64,000 bases of DNA from Octopus sinensis (Eukaryota). Positions 1-12,935 of the stretch are shown here, piece after piece. Below the pieces are notes generated by a model. It worked only from the letters and a program-made list of their open reading frames with translations. It was not told where the DNA came from and did not search any database. Position 1 is the first letter of the stretch, and every line of letters begins with the position of its first letter. Where the stretch lies: positions 35,526,001-35,590,000 of the forward strand of contig NC_043009.1 of NCBI RefSeq assembly GCF_006345805.1, given 5' to 3'. Position numbers and translations under genes: made by a program.

Positions 1-480
1 CAGCAAAGACACATGAGTGTTACTGCAATTATGTACTCCATAAAAAAACCTTTTGTCATAAACTTTAGAAATACAATAGACATATGTGTGTAAATTTTTT
101 AGCGAGGAAAGCTCGTTGTTTAATACACGCTGGAAATGTTTGAACCTAGAAAAGAACAACTACATTACATATGCTGGTAGAGTTAACAGGGAATGCAAAA
201 AGTTCAGACTGGACGAATTAACACCGGCATGTTCAAGTGCAAGCTGCAGAAAAGGACGCAGAAGTAAGAACAAGAACTCTCGCTAAATTGGAACAAATTT
301 AGAAGAGTGTGAAAGAATAGTAAATTCAAGACATGACACAGAAAAAAAATTGAACATAAAGATTGCTTCCAAGTGAAAGAAGTGCATCGAAAAAAGAAAC
401 AGGCAGAATAGAAATCAAGTGTGTACTAAAATATAGTACAAACAGAACAAAAGTCAGAAACAAGCCCAAGACTGACCATG
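1..480 (+). mobile_element. Ty3/Gypsy (K02A2.6-like) gag remnant, frameshifted, runs off the left edge
   Basis: Frames read SSLFNTRWKCLNLEKNNYITYAGRVNRECKKFRLDELT, then MFKC, RTRTLAKLEQ and EECERIVNSRHDTEK. These match the gag-like region of invertebrate K02A2.6-like Gypsy polyproteins as recalled; no search was run. Confidence 0.7.
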
Positions 481-489
481 GAAAGGTTT

Positions 490-2100
490 CCCTTCAATAT
501 GTTTAATATGTTCTCTTCGAATTTTATTCTTGTCCTTTTCTCCTAATCTACGCTTGATCATTGTTCTTTATTCGCTATCATTTATAATTTCTCAGTGCTG
601 TTCTGTAAATATTCTAGTAAGCTTTTTCTTATCATCTGTACACACTCTTCCTCAGGAGTTAAACATTTTTAGCCACTGGTAATTTGATTCCTCCCGTCAT
701 GTTATATTTCAACAAGTACTCTCGGATGGTAGACTCCGTCCATTGGCAACGGCTTTCTAGCTTTTCTGCTAAGTTTCTGTACATTACTTTATCTACAATT
801 CTACAATTCCAGCTCCATATGTGATTACCGGTGCTGCTCTTCAATAACACTTTTTTCAAATTCAACTGTAAGATTTTTCTCACTCTCCTTGTATTCTCTC
901 CACTGATAATTTGATTCATGCCGCCGTTTGGTATTAAAGAGTGCACTGTATTGATAATAAAACAAGGTAGATTTGAAGGAAGACAGGAATTTGAAGACAG
1001 GGATCCTCCACTGGTTTCATTGTTTTCCCATTTGTCTTCCTTCAAATCTACCTTGTTTTATTATGAATACAGTGCACTCTTTAATACCAAATTCCATACC
1101 TATTTCATTTGAGAAAATGCGTTGAGTATAAACAAGATTTTCAAGCAGCTTCTCATTTTTCGCGTAAAGATTTATATCATGCATAAGAAGGAAAACATTT
1201 AAAGATTTATTTGCCTATATCCTTATCTGCCGATATGGGGTAATGAGCTCACATCCCATTCCCCCATCCAAGTGCCCCAGTTCTTTTCGTGTGTTTTCCA
1301 ACTTCATCTATATTCTCTTCTTCCAGTTTAGTATTTTATTTTCCTTCCCCTTCTTTTCTTCCACAGTCTTCTCCCTGTATCCTACAACATTAGCAGCAGC
1401 TATAATTCGCTGGTTTGTTTCACTGATGCTCTTTGTTTTAACCAAGCTCAAAACACCATTTACTCTGTGACTCTCTTTACTTTTCCTCTCACCATATACC
1501 TTACATTTGGTGGTACTTCATTGCTCACATCACATATTTTTCCACGTAGCATTTCTAGAATCTTCGTCTCTTCATCTTTCAAGTCTCGTACAACATTTAT
1601 TGTCACTTGTCCAGCTAGGTCATCTTCAAAATTTACTCCATCAATATTCTGAAACACATAGAATTTTCCTTTTTTCATTTTCTTCGTCTCTTATCTCATT
1701 ACCACTTTCAAATATTGTTGTTTTACACTCTTCCCGGCCCTTTCTATTTTTCTCTGCAATTTTTCAATCTCCGGTCCTATAATACAATCATACATACACA
1801 TTTTCTTTGCCTTGTCAATTAATCTTTGTGTGGAACCTTCATAGACTCTCTTTTCATTCCAAATTCTCTTCATTCGTTTCATGAAACCTCATTTACATGG
1901 CTTAATTGTAACCCACATTCAATCACAATTTTATTTAACACTTTTTACCATTTCATTTTCCTTCCTCTGCACTTTTGATTTCGATTCTGATTCTGATCGA
2001 TGCCTACCACGACTTGATAGAGTTTGATCAGACACTCATCGCCTGCGTGCTCGACACCTTCCCTGTTAACAGTCCCATTTCAGCCCCCTTAACACTGCTA
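490..2100 (-). mobile_element. R4/Dong-clade non-LTR retrotransposon, decayed 5' half (N-terminus to start of RT)
   Basis: Minus-strand MKRMKRIWNEKRVYEGSTQRLIDKAK (typical R4 N-terminal block) and a pre-RT block ending near GGIKLPVAKNV (KAPGPD-like region). Many stops and frameshifts. Confidence 0.65.
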
Positions 2101-2109
2101 TGATTATTA

Positions 2110-2370
2110 CTTGAATTTATGCTGCATGAAACCAGAATTTAAGCATATTTCCTCTACCTATTTGTTCAAATCCTTAGGAATAGTTCCTGTGCACATGGTC
2201 CTGATGCAGAGCCTCTGGGTGATGGAGCTCGGATCTCACGGAATGAATCCACTCAGCACTGTTGTTGTGCGAAACTTCTTTCCCCCAGATGTTATTCCAA
2301 AATTGGCGGGTTTCTTCTGCTTCAGGAGGTATAGTATCTTCTGTACTTTCTCCTAAGCCATTAAAAACTG
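2110..2370 (-). mobile_element. R4/Dong-clade LINE fragment (pre-RT region)
   Basis: Minus frame EDTIPPEAEETRQFWNNIWGKEVSHNNSAEWIHSV is the conserved FW..IW...HN..AEW block. It abuts an (AGT)n tract. Confidence 0.75.
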
Positions 2371-2384
2371 TCTCTGGTTATTTG

Positions 2385-2435
2385 ACAGCAGCAGCAGCAG
2401 CAATAGTAGTAGTAGTAGTAGCAGTAGTAGTGGTG

Positions 2436-2475
<40 letters not shown>

Positions 2476-2504
2476 CGGTAGCAGCAGCAGTAGTAGTAGT
2501 AGTA

Positions 2505-2583
<79 letters not shown>

Positions 2584-2605
2584 TAGTAGTAGTAGTAGTA
2601 GTAGT
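2385..2605. repeat. (AGC)/(AGT)n trinucleotide microsatellite
   Basis: Direct reading of the sequence. Confidence 0.95.
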
Positions 2606-3593
2606 ATTGACGTTGTTAATATATCAATTTGTTCAATTCTTGTCTGTCTATTTTCCTTTTTTTTCTTGTATTTTACTAAACCTAAATGACTGATGCTTGA
2701 AGATTAAAATATTCTTCGTTCTTGTAACATTCTCACGTCTTTGTCTATTTCCTCTTTGTCTTCTATTTTTCTTTCTATTTCTCATTTTCGTAGGTGTTTG
2801 TGTGTCTACTTAATTCTCTTTTTTTCTTCTCTTTATTCATGTTATGTGTTAGTGTAACAACTATAAATATTTCCTGTTATTTCCGTACTATCTTGTGAAG
2901 ATTTAAGCAGATTAACGATCAATACACTTTATTTCCCTGCTATCTATTGGATTCTTCAGCTCTCTGTCGTCGTCATTTCCCACTATAAAACTTAAGTACT
3001 TTTAATTCTCACCATTCTTCCTTTGACTGATGTATGGTCAAATGTCACCGGCGTTGACTGAATACTGTTCTTATTTTCTGGGCTAAGTTTATGAGATTCA
3101 TGTTTGCTTATTTTATTTTGACAAAATTCACAGATCATGTATTTAAAACAAAAGAATTTAGAAGCTTTATTACTTCTCCCAGTAGGCGTAGGTTCATAAA
3201 TATAATTAACCAACATATAAAGATACTCGCAATGATGTCGTGTCGGAAAATCTTAGTTAATCAAGTTTCGTGCATAAAAAAATGAAGTGAATTGATTTCA
3301 AGTGACAAAGCATTCTTTCCAAGACTCACAAGTAGAACGTTCTACTCACTAAAAATTATTTTTTTATGTAAGAACTTATATACAATTTAAATTAGTAGGA
3401 ATTGGTATTTGAAATAAATCAGACTACAAAGTACTATCGAGTGGAGATGACTGCATTGCATATATCAAACTTAATGTACCAGTAATATATTCAGCAGTCG
3501 TAATCAATATAACTTCAGCTATTTTTTTTTACGGATCTCTATATTCTGAGTTTTGAATGATACCAACATCAACTTTGGATTTCTTACTTCCAG

Positions 3594-3673
3594 GTTGATG
3601 AAATATATTACTCAATTAACATCTCCCACAAAATTTCTGGACTTGTAACTAAGGAAGAAATCATTATTTTAAG
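3594..3673 (+). CDS. Candidate isolated coding exon (VDEIYYSINISHKISGLVTKEEIIIL)
   Basis: Acceptor ttcttacttccag|G, donor AAG|gtataa, open frame of 80 nt. No recognised homolog and no phase-matched partner exon. Confidence 0.2.
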
Positions 3674-3849
3674 GTATAAATCGCCGAAAATTAGTACAGC
3701 TTAATCATATATGTTTGAGTTCAACCTGCTTTAGGGTTAGCTTTGGTTCTGATCCTTCTGTGGGTGATAAATTAGCCTCGTTCTGTTACTCCTCGACAAC
3801 GTTGCTACAGTAGCTGAAGTAACGGTATTAGGGGTGGCGGGAGTGGCGA

Positions 3850-3887
3850 TGTCGGCGGCAGCAGTAGCAGCAGCAGCAGTAGTAGTG

Positions 3888-3918
<31 letters not shown>

Positions 3919-3978
3919 CAGCAGCAGCAGTAACAGTAGTAGTAGTAGTAGTAGTAGTAGTAGTCGTAGTAGTAGTAG
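3850..3978. repeat. (AGT)n/(AGC)n microsatellite
   Basis: Direct reading. Confidence 0.95.
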
Positions 3979-4383
3979 TGAGGATATAATCTGAGAAGAG
4001 CAATAAAAATACAGCAGCAGAATAAATTTCTGTAATTTATATTCCTAGCAATTATTACATATATCGCAGTTGATAATAATTTGTTAATAATATTACACTC
4101 ACATACGCACGAATATATTATACTGTAGGCGAGAGGCAATGTGCAAGGAATACTCGATAATCTGAAGATAAAACTCAAAATGGTAGAAATGTGTGTGGTA
4201 TTGAAATTATTATTGCCAGAGCACACAATGAGTGATCCATATTCCTTTAGTTTTCTTTGACAGAATTCAGTGTTCATTTCATTATTAGATTAAATAAAAT
4301 ATGTTCATTATACATCATGAAGAAATTTCTCCAGCAGATAGACACAAATGTCATCCAAAATAAGTAAATTTAAAAAATAAAAG

Positions 4384-4472
4384 TATGTATATATATAAAT
4401 ACACATACATACATACATACATGCATACACACACACACACATATATATATATACGTACATATACATATATAT

Positions 4473-4536
<64 letters not shown>

Positions 4537-4552
4537 GTATATATGTATTATG

Positions 4553-4644
<92 letters not shown>

Positions 4645-4660
4645 CATGCACATACATATA
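4384..4660. repeat. Compound (AT)n/(AC)n/(ACAT)n microsatellite
   Basis: Direct reading. Confidence 0.95.
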
Positions 4661-5108
4661 CGACGTGCTTCTTTCGAGTTTAGAACAAAAGCTTCACGGT
4701 TATAGTCCTTGGTTATTTTTTCGTTTTTTCCCATTTTACTAGTGGCCATGCTGCGGCACCGCCTTGAAGAAATTTTAATCGCAGAAAAATCAGCATTTTG
4801 AAATTTAAATTTAAGTCTTCTGCTTTCTTCTCTCAGTATTTACAGGTTAATGAGAATGAGCTAACCTTTTGAACTTTCCCCAGCAGTTGAATGTCTAACA
4901 GAATCATGGCGCCGAAGGCAAGTTATTCAAACGTACTTTTTATCGTTTTTATGTTTCTACACAATTCTTAAAGTAAATGATTTTGCTTTTGTTAGAATTC
5001 AGACAATAAGTACTGTGAATCTAAAATTGTAAAATTACTGTTTTTATTACACATTATATATATTTTTATGTGTTTCATATGGTTTATATTTGCTGCCTTT
5101 GTATGTAT

Positions 5109-5158
<50 letters not shown>

Positions 5159-5560
5159 TCCTTTTTCTTGTATTTCTTATATTATATTTTAAATCTATAT
5201 TTGGTTATTTTTTAATGTTATTTTCTTATATTTTTGAAGTTTTTATAGCATAAAAATCTGGTGTCAATTTATAATGTGTTATGTTTTTCATAAAATTCTT
5301 TATAACTGAAATCTTATATTATCATATATGAAATTATACGTTATCCCTTATTTAGTTATATTTCAAATTTCTTCCTAGCCTTTATATATCGAAGTATTTA
5401 TATTTTGCTTTAACGTTATAAGTAAACTGAGTTTAATACTTACTCCCTCCATTACTCTCTTAACTTATATCACGCCCTCAATCCTTAAAGAAGTACTGCT
5501 TTGAACGATTCTTCTTTACTTCCCCTTTCAGATGACAATCAAAATAAGCTTTATTAGCTG

Positions 5561-5990
5561 CTAGAAGCATGGCCCGATGTTGCTCGGGTATGTAAGAGCC
5601 CCTAGTAGGCAACGACTAATCCCAATCTAGTTCTTTCCCTCTAGGGTACGAAGGCGCATGTGTAGGTTGCAATGTCTTCTCTTCACTCGAATACTTCTAT
5701 GTATACGATGTTCCTAGCTGTCTCCCGATTGCAAGTTGCGAAAACTACAACAGAAAATGTGTTGCATATAAAAAGCTTAGATTATCGACCCCATGTCGAA
5801 TTTATCGACTTTTTTCAGAACTGGGGAAACTTTTCAAAATTTTCGCTGCGTTAGTTTTGCATTATGACATTGGGCTATGTGTGTGTCAAGTTTCATCAGA
5901 ATCGGTTGAAAGCCGTGGTAAGGGTGAGGGTACAACCTAACAGCCACACAGACACACAGACAGACCAACAGCCGTTTATATATAGAGAGA
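5561..5990 (-). mobile_element. Non-autonomous Helitron-like element
   Basis: On the minus strand it starts TC(TCTCTATATATAAAC), carries an internal ACAG-type repeat, and ends with a GC hairpin CCCGAGCAACATCGGG about 10 nt before a terminal CTAG (plus strand 5561-5564). Confidence 0.7.
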
Positions 5991-6766
5991 TTCGCATCCC
6001 CTCTTTTCTTTAGACGTTCCCGTTTACCACCCCAATACCTACCTTTTGTGTTGATATAGCCGGATGTAATGTTCCATTTTCTTAGATAATAGAACGGCCT
6101 GTCATGATACTAATTAACGTATAACTCCCTAAATATATCATTTTAGATGTTTTGAAGACTACATTCTCCCTATTGTCTTCGATGTGTAGATAACGGAGTC
6201 ACTACTCACATTCATCCATTCCCCCCACAATCTAGACTATGCTAATTTCTGACTTGTGTGTCGCTTTATTGTCCTCTTTTCATTCTGCCAAAAGAAAATA
6301 ATTAGCAGTGATATCATTGTAAATAGTTGCACTCTGTTAATGATATGAATATGTTTAAATATCTAACATGTCATTTATGATTGAAGTCTATGCGGTCATC
6401 TGATGGGAACGGTTTTCTTTGTAATGATGTAATGCTTTCGTTGATCAATTAAAAGAATCGCTCAAAACGGCCGTAATGAATTGAAACTTATGGATCTTTG
6501 TTACTCATATTTTACTACCTATCCTGGAATCTGTACTGAGGAAGTACTTGGCAAATATCTTTAGATAAAGAACATGTCTGAACAAGCAAGAGCGGATGTA
6601 TTCACCAAGTTGGATCGTGCCATCTGCATACACTGCATGAATATCGGGTTGAAAAAATTCTATATAGGGTCTGCTAATCACCTAATATTGTCAAACAAGT
6701 GTGCAAATAAGTTCGACCTAACAAGGTGCCTCATTTTAAGCACCTAATTCAAATGAAGCTAAATTG

Positions 6767-6770
<4 letters not shown>

Positions 6771-6842
<72 letters not shown>
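6771..6842. repeat. (TA)n microsatellite
   Basis: Direct reading. Confidence 0.95.
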
Positions 6843-6845
<3 letters not shown>

Positions 6846-7578
6846 TGAACCCATTCCCATGTATAGAAGTCATGGCTTCAGACAAGACATTGTCTCTCCT
6901 AATCCACTCTAAAACCTGGTGTTCCAACTGCACATTCTGCTAAATTCCTCCTTGTCCATTCATTAATGCCAATCTTAATTCTTGTCTTAAGCATAAAAAC
7001 AAGAAACCTGATTTTTATTATAAGAACTCAAAACATATGCACATCCTTATATTTATTTTTATTTCTTAATAGTGACTTCGAAGTTCCAGCAATTTTGTTG
7101 GCTTTTTTCTGAGATTTTAACATGCGAAAACTAGCAACAGTTATAAAATATGGATCTATTCTCCGGAAGAAAGAGCGCACGAGAGAGTGAGAGAGTGGTG
7201 GGGGGAGAGATTCGTTCAAATGTTTTCAAGACGTTTATGGTAATAATGATGAGTAATGTTTAGAATGTCAGTTAGCAATCTGTGTAATGAGGGGATATTA
7301 GGGGAAGGATATAATCAGAAAAAAATAGAGAGATATCGGAGAGGTATGTGGCAGGGTATAGGGTATCCAACTCTAAAGGTAAATGAAGATTTATGTGTTT
7401 CGGTATTGAAGGGAAACGCTAAAGGTGCCGAAAATAGCTGACAAGAGAGAAATATGTAGTCCTATTTATTTAGGCAGAAATGTATGCACAGTCATTAGTA
7501 CACCAGCACGTATAAAAACACACACACATATACATACACACAGATACAAAAACACAGATACAAACGCACACACACAAA

Positions 7579-7632
<54 letters not shown>

Positions 7633-8736
7633 CACACACATTACACTAAATTGTCAGTTTCGAGCAAGCCAAGCGGACATCGAAATCTTGAAGTTTTGCC
7701 AATTAAAGCAGTGACACAAGTTAAATATTGTAATTTTCTGATAATTATCCCCATGACAAAATATATCATGCAATCCAGATATCTGCACGATGTAGTTAAT
7801 TATATAAGCAGAACGAAACCTTAATACTTATTAGCTCGTTGAGAAACTTCTTGAAAACTTGACATTTTCCATGTCATTAGCTTGTTAGCATTACAACACA
7901 GCCCACCTAAGTAAAACATTTGCACTATATCTGTTAACACCGGATCAATTCTGATCAAATTATTCTATGATCTAACGACCCAGACTTCAGTTTTAGTCAT
8001 GTAGTCACTAGAACTATACTACGAAATGCGTCCTGTGCAAGGTTTGAGGAAGATATGTCGGCTATTTCTAGCATAAAAACAACGATCAATTTAAGGTCTT
8101 ATGAGATTTTACTGCACAGCCACTTCAAGCAAGTTGGACAGATATACTATCGTTCTGGACAAAGGGATAAAAGAGTGCATCATCACAGATATGACTATAT
8201 CTGCGGATATGAATGTAGCGGTTAAAGAAATGGAGAAAATACGAAAATACTGCTATTCTTACATATTATATTTTGCAACATGTAATGAAGATTTTATTAG
8301 TAATATTTAATTAGAAATGGTAGACAAACGACACCATACAATACTTCAATGTCCTAAACGTACTAAATAAATGTTCCTCAAAGGAAATCGTAAATAGGAA
8401 ACATTAGATAATACAAGTAAAACATATTGCATAATACCAAATAAAGATGATGGGATGATAACGATTAATAGGAAAAGGTTTTGACAATATGCCAGTTCAG
8501 AGCTGACCTAGGAATAAACAACAGAAACAGTTACACTAGTAATGCTGTAATGCAATGGTGCAGGAACTACACTAAATTCAAATTAATTATTAGCGATTGA
8601 AGCTGTATTAATACCAAAAGGTGGTAATAACCAGATTAACTTGGCTGCCTTGTTAGAACATCGTATACTGTGTTATTAGCCTTTAGAGATCCTTTCATTT
8701 AGGAACTTGATGCATAGAAGGACACACATAGACCTT

Positions 8737-9223
8737 GGCAGACGAAAACCGTCTGTCATGGGCGCCGGACTTCTCATTTCACGTGATTTCATTCTACTGG
8801 AGACCATCAGCGTGAGGCGCACACCAGTCAAAGCTCGCTACTATGATATATAGAAGTCAGCATCTTTTCTTCCAACTATGTCGCAAATCACCAGCGTGTA
8901 TATTTAAAATTGATTGTTGTCTACGGAAGCAGTATTAATGACAAAATGTAATCTTTGTACCCAACTTAATATGAATGTCTTTTTAGAAGGCATCCAAATG
9001 AATTACGTAATTTTATTCTTCTGGAAATCCTCAGTCGGAAGAGCTCGTTTTTCACTGCATGCCAGTATTATAACATTTTGGTACCAATAGATCATTTTAA
9101 AAAAGCCCTTCAGATGCTGATATTGTATACATCGTAGCGGCGCGAGTTGATCGAACGCTTCCATTAGAATGAAATCTCGTGATATGGGAATTCCGGTGCC
9201 TATGACAGACAATTATCGGCGGC
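8737..9223. mobile_element. MITE-like element with imperfect TIRs of about 110-130 bp
   Basis: 8737-8865 (gtctgtcatgggcgccggacttctcatttcacgtgatttcattcta...cagcatct) is the imperfect reverse complement of 9112-9223 (agatgctg...tagaatgaaatctcgtgatatgggaattccggtgcctatgacagac). No TSD resolved. Confidence 0.65.
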
Positions 9224-9329
9224 TATGATCTATGTGTGTGTGTTTATGCACTAAGCGCCTATGTGATAGCATCTCTCAAGGCTAATAACGCAGTATTCGG
9301 TGTGCTAACAAGGCATCCATATTAAGTTT

Positions 9330-9660
9330 CTTTAATCTCAATTTCACAATATCGAGTGGATATGCTTTGTGTGGCAAGTTCGTTAATCTATTTTGGTGAG
9401 GACGCACCACTTAATATTGTTGGGTGTACTCACAGTTGTCTAACCATTGGGTTCTTACTGTCATCCAGGAGGAATCAGTTATTTGAAATACAATTCTCTT
9501 ATCTGCGAATACGACGCTCTATTCCTGTCAGGATACAAACCGCTGATCTACGAACTCGATGTAAGACATCCTCTCAATCAAGGTATCTATATTTTCTTTC
9601 TATGGGATATCACGTGCATTTCTTATAGATCAAAGCCAAGTTAATTTCGCTTTGATGTAA
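9330..9660 (-). mobile_element. Possible highly decayed Helitron Rep/helicase fragment
   Basis: Minus frame KYRYLD*EDVLHRVRR resembles the Helitron KYK.SMSEDILHRVRR block as recalled. Flanking similarity is weak. Confidence 0.3.
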
Positions 9661-10261
9661 GCGAACCCAAATGTTAGTTCTGTTGTTGTTAAAATGGTAA
9701 CCATTAATTTCTACATATTCTCCAAACGATACCGATTCATCTGCTTTCTAGATATTTAAAGTGTGAAGAGAAAAATACGAGAAGATAAACACGAAATCTA
9801 TAAGAATTATAAATATACCGGCAGGCTTTATAATTTGCAATTATTTGTATTTCACATTTCAGTGAAACGTTTAAGACGATTGGCCTGGCTGTTTGATCAA
9901 CGAAGTCGATAATTTTTTTATATTAGTTTTGAGTTTACTGAACAAATGTTTAACTTTGTTTGTGTAATCTAATTCTCTATTTTTCAATTTCATATCCAAA
10001 GCAACTTTAACCATTATTTACGCTAAATTTCTGGCTTGTTCAAAGATAAACACCAGAATAAGATTAATGTAATAAAATCCTACATGTCCATCGAACTTCT
10101 GCCAGGCACATGCAGATTGTACAGAGATTGGAATTTTTTTTTTTTTTCACAAAATTTAAACGATGCAACAGCAGACATTCTTTCTGTTGAACTGTTGTTA
10201 GGTAATTCTGAATAACTTTTACGTTTCGTCATATTTTCTCCTAGTTCAAAATGATAATACT

Positions 10262-10390
10262 AATGGTTTCAAATTTTAGCACAGGCTTAACAATTTTAAG
10301 AGAAGAGGTTAATCAATACCTCACATCCCAGTACTTAACTGATACTTTATTCTATTGATCCCGAAGAGATGAAAGACAAAGTTGACTTTC
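10262..10390 (-). mobile_element. Degenerate octopus SINE fragment (gtcgac/ggggtcgat family)
   Basis: Diverged match to the 3' body of the SINE copies at 19.1, 20.7, 26.6 and 42.6 kb. Confidence 0.55.
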
Positions 10391-10974
10391 CAGAGAGCCA
10401 TCGTATAATCCTGCGAGGCATTTCTGTCTGCACTTTCACGAATTAACAAATCAAAAATTAAAATAATAACCGTTTCTACTCTAGACACAAAGCCTGAAAT
10501 TTGGGCCGTGGGGCTAGTTGATATATAGTTCTAGTTTATTTTATTCTTCGTTTTCGTCAACGTTGAAAACTTGCCCGTGACCTTTGCGTTTCTTATGTTA
10601 AAAGCAGTCATGTTGAAGCTGTTTATTTTTTTACGACTTCTTGTCAAAACCAAGGAAAATACTTTAATATGACGAACATTAAATGCAGGTTAAAAGCATT
10701 TGTTTCCCTTTCCTCATCAATGTTAGAAAGTTATTTGTATGTAATCGCAGATAGATTTAGTTTGTTTTCGAAAACTGGATGTTTTACCAATTTTGTCTCT
10801 TCTTTCTCACACTTTCTGTCTATTACATCAAAGTTTGAAACTTGCTTGATTGCTGTGCGCCCACCCATTTCCACCCCTATACCAAAAATATTTGTACCGG
10901 ATATCTTGATAACCAAAATGTTGGAACCCAATCTTATCCCATTACCTTCTACGGAATCATCATATTGATAATTT

Positions 10975-11076
<102 letters not shown>

Positions 11077-11224
11077 AAGATATGGTAATTGTTGCAATAT
11101 TAATAATACTATGGCTGTAGTGATAGTAAAAATGTTGGTTTTGGCGGTATTGGCAGTAATAATAGTAATAATGCTGTTGGTAGAAAAATGTTATAGTAGT
11201 AATATGCCAGATCCCTTTTAGTGC

Positions 11225-12250
11225 TACTGATAACCTGTAAACTAGTACAGCCTGTTTCGCTGTTGGACTGTTGGCGGCTAAACCGGCAAACTTACCTGGC
11301 ACTTACCTGGTAAAGAAGGTGACTTTTGCTGGATATCCTACAAGACGAAAAACTAAACCTGTTAATGGGATTAATGAGCAGATGAACTCACCAGCGTCAA
11401 TGCACATCCGATTTTATGAATCTTTATTAGCTGCGAAAATTAATACTGGAGGTGGCGAGCAGCGCAGGACAATCAGCTTCAATAAGAGCAGACAGGCCTC
11501 TCAAAAGCCTTGGTTGACAACTTGTCTTGTGATGGTGGCACGACATAACTGCGGGTTGATGAAAAGCTTGGAACACATACCTTATTTATGAGAAAAATTT
11601 CAATAGTTGAAAGTAATAGTAACGACGTCTACGACGTTGGCGCTTTTAGCGAATGTGTCACGTTGGTGAGTTGTCCTGTGGAACAGCGGCTCGAACTACT
11701 GCTGACCCACGACAGTGAAGGAGATTACAATGAACAAAAGAGAATAACAAATTGTTGTTTGAGTATTGTATTAGGAGTGAGTTGGGGGGATAAAAGGCTG
11801 TGTGAAAATAGTACTAAAGCTCTGGAAAAATATTGTCGACATGACAAAATGAAGGAAGATAATATGAAGGATGAGAGTGGACACAGATTAGTTGATCAGA
11901 TTCAACAAATGAAGATCTTGATGGCAGCTACTCAGGTATTTTGAGTGATGTTCTTAACAAATCACGGAAACAACATCCGACGAAAGAAGAGCTTTATGGA
12001 AATATCCCCAATATACCATCAATCATTCGAGCGCGGGGGACAATATATACCGGTACTACTGTCGAGGCAAAGAATTAGTATGTAGATTCCTTTACTCAGT
12101 CCTGAGCTTTGGGAATTCATACGTTCACGACCCAGAATGACCTACATTGATCAAATCTCACGTGATGCTGAATTACAAAAATAAGACCTCAAAAATGTCA
12201 TGAAAGAAAAGAAGGCTTGGTGAGTCCGGTCAACCCACCCAAAACATAGC
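11225..12250 (+). mobile_element. Internally deleted RTE-clade derivative (5'UTR-like part joined to the ORF C-terminus)
   Basis: 3' part reads NIPNIPSIIRAR...RPRMTYIDQISRDAELQK*DLKNVMKEKKAW (RTE C-terminal pattern). 5' part shares ctaaaccggcaa with the element at 31.8-32.3 kb. Confidence 0.55.
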
Positions 12251-12389
12251 TAGATAGGGTGACATGTCAAGTGCACAAATTACTACAGGAATAATTCTCA
12301 TTTTTCACAATCACTTTATCTCGTTGCTTAACTCTGATATTTCTCTCTTTCTTTGGTATCCCATCTATTATCATATGCTAGTGCAAAGT

Positions 12390-12935
12390 ATATGACATTA
12401 CACAGTTGTTTTTTTCGTTTTTTATCGCTTTTCTTGTTCCTCATTGTCATATGAAGTCTTCTTGCTTGCATAGTATGGCTAGTGTTTGTGGGAAAATACA
12501 ACAAAATCCTGTAATCATTTTTCTGCATCACAGCCTCCGGCTCATGTTCATGCCAATTTTCTGCTACTTTAAATACACACTCTCGGCTAATATCCCAAAA
12601 CACTATCTTACCGACCCTGTCATGCCTCTGCTTATATTCTGGCTCTACCAGATACTGTATTCACTTAAGATGGTTAATAGTTTTATTAAGTTTCCTATAT
12701 GTTCTGCGTTTACTCTCTGACAGAGTTTAATCAATTCTTTCTCTTTATCAAATTCGTTGTAATGTCTTATTCCTCGGCAGCTATAATTAACGATTTTATT
12801 TCTCGTTTCAGGTTCCCACCTGTCAGACACAGCCAGCGATATTTTCTTCATCGGCTTGTTTGAAGTATAGGCCATGTAATTCCTTCTTCTCTTTCCTGTT
12901 ATTTCCATACCATTTTCCAACTGCTCCTAAGTTCT
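12390..12935 (-). mobile_element. R4/Dong LINE fragment (zinc knuckle to start of RLE endonuclease)
   Basis: Minus frames KLCQRVNAEHIGNL and FWDISRECVFKVAENWHEHEPEAVMQKNDYRIL...QARR match the R4 CCHC/RLE region. Confidence 0.75.

Noticed and set aside
7965-8040. gaaatgcgtc, the same 3' core as the 53.7-kb hammerhead
   Set aside because: There is no CUGANGA upstream and no stem I complement.
10560-10960. Possible further R4 RT remnant beside (TAA)n
   Set aside because: Only vague similarity (TYK, FG..), with no diagnostic motif intact.
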